DNA from: Macrostomum lignano
Taxonomy: Eukaryota
DNA: 32,806 nt
Reading direction: 5' to 3'
NCBI GenBank assembly: GCA_002269645.1
Contig: NIVC01001496.1
Span: 1-32,806, forward strand
The translations under genes and the position numbers were made by a program. The notes under the pieces are model-generated. The model made no database searches and had not been told where the DNA came from. It saw nothing but the letters and a program-made list of their open reading frames with translations. Position 1 is the stretch's first letter, and each line of letters begins with the position of its first letter. Shown one piece after another: positions 1 to 12,100 of this stretch.

Positions 1-26
1 CTAGACAACGCCCCTTTTTAACTTAC

Positions 27-126
27 GCTTGCAGGACCGTCTTGATGAGCGTCTGGTGCCACGAGGGCATTTTCGCCAACAGCGGTTATTGAACAAAAAT
101 TTGCCGGACTTCAATCTTGTTGAACT
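27..126 (-). CDS. Probable further gene L exon (...RLKSGKFLFNNRCWRKCPRGTRRSSRRSCK)
   Basis: Acceptor ttgcag at 127, donor AAGC|GTAAGT at 26, CPRG motif. It is 100 nt, so the phase does not match the preceding exon by one base. Confidence 0.5.
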
Positions 127-3100
127 CTGCAATGTTTATTTTTTTGAGAGCAATAGTTAATAATCTATGATAATCGCTGGAAAGTCTTTGAGAAAGCTTT
201 CCTAGTCGTTATACAATAAAATTGGCTTACTGATGCACCGCCCTCCGCGCTTGTTCCTAATCATAGTGAAAGTTCGCGGGCACACCCGATAGTAGCCGAC
301 GCAAGTTCGTCCCCGGCGACGGTATCCGCTCGGGCAAAACTCTAAAATTCAGAGACAGCATAAGTTAGCGATGCGCAAGCCGCAAGCGAAATATCTCGGG
401 CCTTTGTCAACTTACTTCCTGGCTTATAACAGCGAGCTACAAACGCCCACTTCGTTTAAAGGCTCCGCGTCTTTTAAAGGCTTTCCAGATCTTTCTCAAT
501 TTTCTTTTCAGGGAACGCTTCAACTTTCTAGCAGTTGCCGCTCGTCTTCTGCGACTAAGTTTGGAGAGCCGGCGCCTTGCAATAGCGTATCTTCTATAGC
601 GACGCTTTACGATTTTTCTGAAGCGCCTGTACAGCCTTGGAACTCTTCTGCGCACGACGCACCTGGATCCACTTGGGCAGCGCTTCTTTCTGCATGGATC
701 TGAATTAATTTGATTGGAAAATAATATATCTCTCTCGCGTCTCTAAGTGCAAGAAACCGCATGTGAGAAAAATGAAATTATGTGACTCACTTGCTCTCTT
801 TGGTGCACAAACGGCGCGGGTAATGTAGCGCCGTTTGTTTCGCATGAGTCGTCTGTATTGTCGCCTTGTGGCGCGTCTCAGACGCCGTCTTAGCTTATTG
901 CGAATTCGTCGGTACGACCGGGTCGAACGACGGCGATGCCTTCGAAGAGTGCGCTTCAGTGACCGTCTCAAACTTCGGAAGCGTCTTGCCCGTCGTCGGC
1001 CTCGGAATCGCCGAGCGGCTGATCGTCTCAGACGTCGGTTTCGACGGATAGCGCGGGCCGCCAGACGTCGACGCCTACGGCCAAGCCTCCTGCGTATGCC
1101 ATGCATTCGAAGACGGAAACGTTTCCTACTGACTCTTAGATAGAAGCGGTACAGCCGGAAGGCTCGAGTTGGGATCCTTCTCACCACACAGCGACGGTTC
1201 TTTCCGCACTTCTTTCTGCTGCATGGATCTGAAAATTAAAAAATATCATCCACTGTTTGCCTCATTCGGAAATAATACGAGCTTATGGGCAGAAGGAATA
1301 GCAAATATTGCTATTTATTGAATTAACATAACGATTACTTACTAGACTTTCTGACGCAGCGTCCAACAGTGATTTTTCGACCCCTCTTTGACTTGACTCT
1401 GCGCACTTTGCACCTGTATCCCCGTCTACAGCGCTTTCTTCTGCAAGGATTTTTGGCAACGCACATGGCCCGACGAATAAATCGCCGTCCCTTGCGTCTG
1501 CCAAGTCGCTTGCGCAACATTCGAAGCCTTCTTTGCAGAGAGGTTGCAAGGATGCTCTTTTTCTTGTAGTACGAAACCACAGCTCGTTTCAGTCTTCTTC
1601 GATAAACCCTGGAAATTCTTCTATACAAAGAGCGCATCTTTTTCCTGATCGATTTCTTTGCTGCTTTGGTCGCCTTTTTAGACTTGTAATACAGAGCCTT
1701 GAAAATTCTCGCTTTTCTTCCAAACCAGCTTTTCAATGAGAAGACGCGTCTGGCGTACTTCTTCTGATTCCTTCTGAATCGGCGAACAACAGATTTTGGA
1801 ACGCGTCGTCTACGAGAAGAACGTCCACGCCGTCCCTTTCGTCGAGAGAATTTTCTAAAAAGCTTTTTGAATCGCCTTCCATAGCGCCTTGCCGCTCTTC
1901 TGAACCTTCCCCACAGTCGAGAGCGAGCTCGTCGCAATTTTCTAACAAATCTTTTCAGGTTACGCCTTGACCTGCGAACACGACGGACTCGAGAGCGCCG
2001 GGATCTGCGAATGCGTCTCAAAGCGTGTCTTAGCCAGAAAGAAAATGATTTTCCTGCTCTTCTGCTTCTCCGTGCCAAAAATTTACGGTGCACTCTGTGT
2101 CGGTGACGGAGTTTTTGCACAGTGCGGCGTAGCCGGGTGTGGAACCGTCTGTAGGCCCTCTTCACACTGATGCGGTAAAGCCTGTACCACCAAGTTGGAA
2201 CTTTCTTAACCACGCAGCGCTTTCCAGCTGAGCATCGAACTTTTCGACAGGATCCTAGATATGCAAAGGTGGGCGAAAAGAAATGCAGGTATATTGCAGT
2301 AGTGTAACTAAAATATCTGTCGCAGTTAAAAAAAACAAAGCACTCACTCGTCGCCTTTTTGATGCATCGAGCCACAGTCCTAACGCGGTTCTTGAAAACT
2401 CCCTTGCCTTGCTTCTTACGCAGTGATCTAAGCCTTTGAGCCAAGCGGCGCCTAGCCAGTCGTACTGAGCGACGATACTGCTTGAAAGCTGCACGCCTAC
2501 TTCTTCTGAAGCTTCTTACTCGACGACGGAACGCAACTCTGAGACGCTTCTTCGCACTGCCAGATTTTGCTCCCTTGAAGCTCGAGCGATAAGTTGCGGC
2601 ATACTTGCGGAAGTTTCTTGCAGCTTGGCGACTTCTTCTTCGGTAAGCCAACGTGATCTTCTTGTGACTGGCAAAGTAAGACTTTGTCAAAGCTCGTTTC
2701 TGACGAAGGAATGCGCTAAACTTCTTTGTAAACCGCCTCACATGCCTGCAAGAGAATCCCGACTTGCACTTGACTTTTGAACATTGATTCACTACACAAA
2801 CAGCAGCTCGTACAGCAGTCTTAGTTCTTCGATTCTTTCGAGAATGGCTTGATAGGCTACGCCTAAAACGCAGGCTGAGACTTCTTCTAGCCTTCAAGAA
2901 CTTTCTTCTTTGTTTACGAAGCTTCAAAACGTAAGATCGTCTTCGAAGTCTCCAGGATCTTCTCAAGCTCTTAACAGAGGCAGCTTTCTTCGCCTTAGAT
3001 GCTTTCCGAATAGCCCTCTTAAAAGTAGCTGACGCCCGTCTATAAGCCAACTTTGCAGATCGCCGACTTCTAACGAACCTTAGTTTCAGAGCTCGAAGCT

Positions 3101-6100
3101 GCTTGCGATATCCTTTGATCATTCTGCGCCTCTCTGAGTGAAATTTACGGCCCGCTTTTGTGATAATTCGTTTCACGATGCAACGCTTGCCTTTGGAGCA
3201 CCGTTTTTTAGCACACAAACCTAAAAAAGGGTGCAGGTATTTTCAATATCAAGAGAAACCAAAAAAACTACTTAGAAAAAGGGTTTTTCAAAATCTACAA
3301 AAATAAATAAAAACAAGACAATTATAGCCGACTAACCTCTGGAAGGTCGTCTCCTTCGGACGCATCTCTTCGATCCTCGTCTAGCTCGTCTCAGCAGTCG
3401 GATCAGCCGAGCGACTCTGCGCCTGTGCCTCGATCGAAGAGCGTTCAATCGTTTCTTGTGCAGTCGTGCAAGTCGAGCTCTGCGCTTCGCGTAGCTAGAC
3501 ACAACCGATGAAGCCAGCTGGCATCTGTACCTCACGGTCATGTACTTGTATGTTCCGCGGCAAGGATCTCCGAAGACGGCGTTGTTGCTTCGCACCCTGC
3601 ACGCTCGTCGGTTGTTGCACTTGGAAGCGATGACTTTGTTGGCTCGGCCGCTGCTGCACTTGTATGTCTTGCGGGGTCCTCGAGCGCAGTATTTGTTCGA
3701 TGTTCTGCCATAGAACCGCGCAGCACCCGGATGACGTATCTGGATGGACATCTGATGGTCAGAGATTTGCCCTCGCAAGCGTGCTTCACTCGCACTCCTG
3801 AAGCGGTAAATAATGCACCGTTCGTAAAAGCGTGATATACTCGTAAACAACCGAAAGCAAATAAATAAAGCAGTTTCAGTAGTATTGCTTACGGCGGTAG
3901 CGAGCTGGTGTTCGGCTCTTTCGGATGGAGGCTGCATGTCGTCGTCTCTCGGCGACAGTCCTGCTCTTGTGAGCTCGTCGCAGTTTGTTGATGCTTCTTC
4001 TGAGGCTTCGGATTCGCCTGCTAGATCTTCGTGTCACGCACTTCTGGTTCCTTCGGCAGGTTCGTCGGCCGCATTTCTTGCCTGAGTATGTTGTATTTCG
4101 GTGAGGAGCAACGTATGAACTTGGGTGAAAGTGCTTCAACTCTAAAATCCGTAGCTCAAAGTCTCACTAGATATTTGAGGAAGCAATTTACTAGGTGGGG
4201 CATCAATAGTTTACTTCTGTAGTTATTTTGATTTTAATAAACGGTCGACCGAATAGCCGACTAACCTCTGGAAGGTCGTCTCCTTCGGACGCATCTCTTC
4301 GATCCTCGTCTAGCTCGTCTCAGCAGTCGGATCAGCCGAGCGACTCTGCGCCTGTGCCTCGATCGAAGAGCGTTCAATCGTTTCTTGTGCAGTCGTGCAA
4401 GTCGAGCTCTGCGCTTCGCGTAGCTAGACACAACCGATGAAGCCAGCTGGCATCTGTACCTCACGGTCATGTACTTGTATGTTCCGCGGCAAGGATCTCC
4501 GAAGACGGCGTTGTTGCTTCGCACCCTGCACGCTCGTCGGTTGTTGCACTTGGAAGCGATGACTTTGTTGGCTCGGCCGCTGCTGCACTTGTATGTCTTG
4601 CGGGGTCCTCGAGCGCAGTATTTGTTCGATGTTCTGCCATAGAATCCGCGCAGCACCCGGATGACGTATCTGGATGGACATCTGATGGTCAGAGATTTGC
4701 CCTCGCAAGCGTGCTTCACTCGCACTCCTGAAGCGGTAAATAATGCACCGTTCGTAAAAGCGTGATATACTCGTAAACAACCGAAAGCAAATAAATAAAG
4801 CAGTTTCAGTAGTATTGCTTACGGCGGTAGCGAGCTGGTGTTCGGCTCTTTCGGATGGAGGCTGCATGTCGTCGTCTCTCGGCGACAGTCCTGCTCTTGT
4901 GAGCTCGTCGCAGTTTGTTGATGCTTCTTCTGAGGCTTCGGATTCGCCTGCTAGATCTTCGTGTCACGCACTTCTGGTTCCTTCGGCAGGTTCGTCGGCC
5001 GCATTTCTTGCCTGAGTATGTTGTATTTCGGTGAGGAGCAACGTATGAACTTGGGTGAAAGTGCTTCAACTCTAAAATCCGTAGCTCAAAGTCTCACTAG
5101 ATATTTGAGGAAGCAATTTACTAGGTGGGGCATCAATAGTTTACTTCTGTAGTTATTTTGATTTTAATAAACGGTCGACCGAATAGCCGACTAACCTCTG
5201 GAAGGTCGTCTCCTTCGGACGCATCTCTTCGATCCTCGTCTAGCTCGTCTCAGCAGTCGGATCAGCCGAGCGACTCTGCGCCTGTGCCTCGATCGAAGAG
5301 CGTTCAATCGTTTCTTGTGCAGTCGTGCAAGTCGAGCTCTGCGCTTCGCGTAGCTAGACACAACCGATGAAGCCAGCTGGCATCTGTACCTCACGGTCAT
5401 GTACTTGTATGTTCCGCGGCAAGGATCTCCGAAGACGGCGTTGTTGCTTCGCACCCTGCACGCTCGTCGGTTGTTGCACTTGGAAGCGATGACTTTGTTG
5501 GCTCGGCCGCTGCTGCACTTGTATGTCTTGCGGGGTCCTCGAGCGCAGTATTTGTTCGATGTTCTGCCATAGAATCCGCGCAGCACCCGGATGACGTATC
5601 TGGATGGACATCTGATGGTCAGAGATTTGCCCTCGCAAGCGTGCTTCACTCGCACTCCTGAAGCGGTAAATAATGCACCGTTCGTAAAAGCGTGATATAC
5701 TCGTAAACAACCGAAAGCAAATAAATAAAGCAGTTTCAGTAGTATTGCTTACGGCGGTAGCGAGCTGGTGTTCGGCTCTTTCGGATGGAGGCTGCATGTC
5801 GTCGTCTCTCGGCGACAGTCCTGCTCTTGTGAGCTCGTCGCAGTTTGTTGATGCTTCTTCTGAGGCTTCGGATTCGCCTGCTAGATCTTCGTGTCACGCA
5901 CTTCTGGTTCCTTCGGCAGGTTCGTCGGCCGCATTTCTTGCCTGAGTATGTTGTATTTCGGTGAGGAGCAACGTATGAACTTGGGTGAAAGTGCTTCAAC
6001 TCTAAAATCCGTAGCTCAAAGTCTCACTAGATATTTGAGGAAGCAATTTACTAGGTGGGGCATCAATAGTTTACTTCTGTAGTTATTTTGATTTTAATAA

Positions 6101-9100
6101 ACGGTCGACCGAATAGCCGACTAACCTCTGGAAGGTCGTCTCCTTCGGACGCATCTCTTCGATCCTCGTCTAGCTCGTCTCAGCAGTCGGATCAGCCGAG
6201 CGACTCTGCGCCTGTGCCTCGATCGAAGAGCGTTCAATCGTTTCTTGTGCAGTCGTGCAAGTCGAGCTCTGCGCTTCGCGTAGCTAGACACAACCGATGA
6301 AGCCAGCTGGCATCTGTACCTCACGGTCATGTACTTGTATGTTCCGCGGCAAGGATCTCCGAAGACGGCGTTGTTGCTTCGCACCCTGCACGCTCGTCGG
6401 TTGTTGCACTTGGAAGCGATGACTTTGTTGGCTCGGCCGCTGCTGCACTTGTATGTCTTGCGGGGTCCTCGAGCGCAGTATTTGTTCGATGTTCTGCCAT
6501 AGAACCGCGCAGCACCCGGATGACGTATCTGGATGGACATCTGATGGTCAGAGATTTGCCCTCGCAAGCGTGCTTCACTCGCACTCCTGAAGCGGTAAAT
6601 AATGCACCGTTCGTAAAAGCGTGATATACTCGTAAACAACCGAAAGCAAATAAATAAAGCAGTTTCAGTAGTATTGCTTACGGCGGTAGCGAGCTGGTGT
6701 TCGGCTCTTTCGGATGGAGGCTGCATGTCGTCGTCTCTCGGCGACAGTCCTGCTCTTGTGAGCTCGTCGCAGTTTGTTGATGCTTCTTCTGAGGCTTCGG
6801 ATTCGCCTGCTAGATCTTCGTGTCACGCACTTCTGGTTCCTTCGGCAGGTTCGTCGGCCGCATTTCTTGCCTGAGTATGTTGTATTTCGGTGAGGAGCAA
6901 CGTATGAACTTGGGTGAAAGTGCTTCAACTCTAAAATCCGTAGCTCAAAGTCTCACTAGATATTTGAGGAAGCAATTTACTAGGTGGGGCATCAATAGTT
7001 TACTTCTGTAGTTATTTTGATTTTAATAAACGGTCGACCGAATAGCCGACTAACCTCTGGAAGGTCGTCTCCTTCGGACGCATCTCTTCGATCCTCGTCT
7101 AGCTCGTCTCAGCAGTCGGATCAGCCGAGCGACTCTGCGCCTGTGCCTCGATCGAAGAGCGTTCAATCGTTTCTTGTGCAGTCGTGCAAGTCGAGCTCTG
7201 CGCTTCGCGTAGCTAGACACAACCGATGAAGCCAGCTGGCATCTGTACCTCACGGTCATGTACTTGTATGTTCCGCGGCAAGGATCTCCGAAGACGGCGT
7301 TGTTGCTTCGCACCCTGCACGCTCGTCGGTTGTTGCACTTGGAAGCGATGACTTTGTTGGCTCGGCCGCTGCTGCACTTGTATGTCTTGCGGGGTCCTCG
7401 AGCGCAGTATTTGTTCGATGTTCTGCCATAGAATCCGCGCAGCACCCGGATGACGTATCTGGATGGACATCTGATGGTCAGAGATTTGCCCTCGCAAGCG
7501 TGCTTCACTCGCACTCCTGAAGCGGTAAATAATGCACCGTTCGTAAAAGCGTGATATACTCGTAAACAACCGAAAGCAAATAAATAAAGCAGTTTCAGTA
7601 GTATTGCTTACGGCGGTAGCGAGCTGGTGTTCGGCTCTTTCGGATGGAGGCTGCATGTCGTCGTCTCTCGGCGACAGTCCTGCTCTTGTGAGCTCGTCGC
7701 AGTTTGTTGATGCTTCTTCTGAGGCTTCGGATTCGCCTGCTAGATCTTCGTGTCACGCACTTCTGGTTCCTTCGGCAGGTTCGTCGGCCGCATTTCTTGC
7801 CTGAGTATGTTGTATTTCGGTGAGGAGCAACGTATGAACTTGGGTGAAAGTGCTTCAACTCTAAAATCCGTAGCTCAAAGTCTCACTAGATATTTGAGGA
7901 AGCAATTTACTAGGTGGGGCATCAATAGTTTACTTCTGTAGTTATTTTGATTTTAATAAACGGTCGACCGAATAGCCGACTAACCTCTGGAAGGTCGTCT
8001 CCTTCGGACGCATCTCTTCGATCCTCGTCTAGCTCGTCTCAGCAGTCGGATCAGCCGAGCGACTCTGCGCCTGTGCCTCGATCGAAGAGCGTTCAATCGT
8101 TTCTTGTGCAGTCGTGCAAGTCGAGCTCTGCGCTTCGCGTAGCTAGACACAACCGATGAAGCCAGCTGGCATCTGTACCTCACGGTCATGTACTTGTATG
8201 TTCCGCGGCAAGGATCTCCGAAGACGGCGTTGTTGCTTCGCACCCTGCACGCTCGTCGGTTGTTGCACTTGGAAGCGATGACTTTGTTGGCTCGGCCGCT
8301 GCTGCACTTGTATGTCTTGCGGGGTCCTCGAGCGCAGTATTTGTTCGATGTTCTGCCATAGAATCCGCGCAGCACCCGGATGACGTATCTGGATGGACAT
8401 CTGATGGTCAGAGATTTGCCCTCGCAAGCGTGCTTCACTCGCACTCCTGAAGCGGTAAATAATGCACCGTTCGTAAAAGCGTGATATACTCGTAAACAAC
8501 CGAAAGCAAATAAATAAAGCAGTTTCAGTAGTATTGCTTACGGCGGTAGCGAGCTGGTGTTCGGCTCTTTCGGATGGAGGCTGCATGTCGTCGTCTCTCG
8601 GCGACAGTCCTGCTCTTGTGAGCTCGTCGCAGTTTGTTGATGCTTCTTCTGAGGCTTCGGATTCGCCTGCTAGATCTTCGTGTCACGCACTTCTGGTTCC
8701 TTCGGCAGGTTCGTCGGCCGCATTTCTTGCCTGAGTATGTTGTATTTCGGTGAGGAGCAACGTATGAACTTGGGTGAAAGTGCTTCAACTCTAAAATCCG
8801 TAGCTCAAAGTCTCACTAGATATTTGAGGAAGCAATTTACTAGGTGGGGCATCAATAGTTTACTTCTGTAGTTATTTTGATTTTAATAAACGGTCGACCG
8901 AATAGCCGACTAACCTCTGGAAGGTCGTCTCCTTCGGACGCATCTCTTCGATCCTCGTCTAGCTCGTCTCAGCAGTCGGATCAGCCGAGCGACTCTGCGC
9001 CTGTGCCTCGATCGAAGAGCGTTCAATCGTTTCTTGTGCAGTCGTGCAAGTCGAGCTCTGCGCTTCGCGTAGCTAGACACAACCGATGAAGCCAGCTGGC

Positions 9101-12100
9101 ATCTGTACCTCACGGTCATGTACTTGTATGTTCCGCGGCAAGGATCTCCGAAGACGGCGTTGTTGCTTCGCACCCTGCACGCTCGTCGGTTGTTGCACTT
9201 GGAAGCGATGACTTTGTTGGCTCGGCCGCTGCTGCACTTGTATGTCTTGCGGGGTCCTCGAGCGCAGTATTTGTTCGATGTTCTGCCATAGAATCCGCGC
9301 AGCACCCGGATGACGTATCTGGATGGACATCTGATGGTCAGAGATTTGCCCTCGCAAGCGTGCTTCACTCGCACTCCTGAAGCGGTAAATAATGCACCGT
9401 TCGTAAAAGCGTGATATACTCGTAAACAACCGAAAGCAAATAAATAAAGCAGTTTCAGTAGTATTGCTTACGGCGGTAGCGAGCTGGTGTTCGGCTCTTT
9501 CGGATGGAGGCTGCATGTCGTCGTCTCTCGGCGACAGTCCTGCTCTTGTGAGCTCGTCGCAGTTTGTTGATGCTTCTTCTGAGGCTTCGGATTCGCCTGC
9601 TAGATCTTCGTGTCACGCACTTCTGGTTCCTTCGGCAGGTTCGTCGGCCGCATTTCTTGCCTGAGTATGTTGTATTTCGGTGAGGAGCAACGTATGAACT
9701 TGGGTGAAAGTGCTTCAACTCTAAAATCCGTAGCTCAAAGTCTCACTAGATATTTGAGGAAGCAATTTACTAGGTGGGGCATCAATAGTTTACTTCTGTA
9801 GTTATTTTGATTTTAATAAACGGTCGACCGAATAGCCGACTAACCTCTGGAAGGTCGTCTCCTTCGGACGCATCTCTTCGATCCTCGTCTAGCTCGTCTC
9901 AGCAGTCGGATCAGCCGAGCGACTCTGCGCCTGTGCCTCGATCGAAGAGCGTTCAATCGTTTCTTGTGCAGTCGTGCAAGTCGAGCTCTGCGCTTCGCGT
10001 AGCTAGACACAACCGATGAAGCCAGCTGGCATCTGTACCTCACGGTCATGTACTTGTATGTTCCGCGGCAAGGATCTCCGAAGACGGCGTTGTTGCTTCG
10101 CACCCTGCACGCTCGTCGGTTGTTGCACTTGGAAGCGATGACTTTGTTGGCTCGGCCGCTGCTGCACTTGTATGTCTTGCGGGGTCCTCGAGCGCAGTAT
10201 TTGTTCGATGTTCTGCCATAGAATCCGCGCAGCACCCGGATGACGTATCTGGATGGACATCTGATGGTCAGAGATTTGCCCTCGCAAGCGTGCTTCACTC
10301 GCACTCCTGAAGCGGTAAATAATGCACCGTTCGTAAAAGCGTGATATACTCGTAAACAACCGAAAGCAAATAAATAAAGCAGTTTCAGTAGTATTGCTTA
10401 CGGCGGTAGCGAGCTGGTGTTCGGCTCTTTCGGATGGAGGCTGCATGTCGTCGTCTCTCGGCGACAGTCCTGCTCTTGTGAGCTCGTCGCAGTTTGTTGA
10501 TGCTTCTTCTGAGGCTTCGGATTCGCCTGCTAGATCTTCGTGTCACGCACTTCTGGTTCCTTCGGCAGGTTCGTCGGCCGCATTTCTTGCCTGAGTATGT
10601 TGTATTTCGGTGAGGAGCAACGTATGAACTTGGGTGAAAGTGCTTCAACTCTAAAATCCGTAGCTCAAAGTCTCACTAGATATTTGAGGAAGCAATTTAC
10701 TAGGTGGGGCATCAATAGTTTACTTCTGTAGTTATTTTGATTTTAATAAACGGTCGACCGAATAGCCGACTAACCTCTGGAAGGTCGTCTCCTTCGGACG
10801 CATCTCTTCGATCCTCGTCTAGCTCGTCTCAGCAGTCGGATCAGCCGAGCGACTCTGCGCCTGTGCCTCGATCGAAGAGCGTTCAATCGTTTCTTGTGCA
10901 GTCGTGCAAGTCGAGCTCTGCGCTTCGCGTAGCTAGACACAACCGATGAAGCCAGCTGGCATCTGTACCTCACGGTCATGTACTTGTATGTTCCGCGGCA
11001 AGGATCTCCGAAGACGGCGTTGTTGCTTCGCACCCTGCACGCTCGTCGGTTGTTGCACTTGGAAGCGATGACTTTGTTGGCTCGGCCGCTGCTGCACTTG
11101 TATGTCTTGCGGGGTCCTCGAGCGCAGTATTTGTTCGATGTTCTGCCATAGAATCCGCGCAGCACCCGGATGACGTATCTGGATGGACATCTGATGGTCA
11201 GAGATTTGCCCTCGCAAGCGTGCTTCACTCGCACTCCTGAAGCGGTAAATAATGCACCGTTCGTAAAAGCGTGATATACTCGTAAACAACCGAAAGCAAA
11301 TAAATAAAGCAGTTTCAGTAGTATTGCTTACGGCGGTAGCGAGCTGGTGTTCGGCTCTTTCGGATGGAGGCTGCATGTCGTCGTCTCTCGGCGACAGTCC
11401 TGCTCTTGTGAGCTCGTCGCAGTTTGTTGATGCTTCTTCTGAGGCTTCGGATTCGCCTGCTAGATCTTCGTGTCACGCACTTCTGGTTCCTTCGGCAGGT
11501 TCGTCGGCCGCATTTCTTGCCTGAGTATGTTGTATTTCGGTGAGGAGCAACGTATGAACTTGGGTGAAAGTGCTTCAACTCTAAAATCCGTAGCTCAAAG
11601 TCTCACTAGATATTTGAGGAAGCAATTTACTAGGTGGGGCATCAATAGTTTACTTCTGTAGTTATTTTGATTTTAATAAACGGTCGACCGAATAGCCGAC
11701 TAACCTCTGGAAGGTCGTCTCCTTCGGACGCATCTCTTCGATCCTCGTCTAGCTCGTCTCAGCAGTCGGATCAGCCGAGCGACTCTGCGCCTGTGCCTCG
11801 ATCGAAGAGCGTTCAATCGTTTCTTGTGCAGTCGTGCAAGTCGAGCTCTGCGCTTCGCGTAGCTAGACACAACCGATGAAGCCAGCTGGCATCTGTACCT
11901 CACGGTCATGTACTTGTATGTTCCGCGGCAAGGATCTCCGAAGACGGCGTTGTTGCTTCGCACCCTGCACGCTCGTCGGTTGTTGCACTTGGAAGCGATG
12001 ACTTTGTTGGCTCGGCCGCTGCTGCACTTGTATGTCTTGCGGGGTCCTCGAGCGCAGTATTTGTTCGATGTTCTGCCATAGAATCCGCGCAGCACCCGGA

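Noticed and set aside
437-439. TAG as the true stop of gene L
   Set aside because: The paralog reads LVARC here, a one-base shift restores VARC, a phase-1 donor follows at 415, and further in-frame CPxG exons lie downstream.
835-1143. Arg-rich plus-strand ORF
   Set aside because: CGN/CGTCG-rich sequence gives Arg-rich translations on both strands. Splice sites and Cys modules identify the minus strand.
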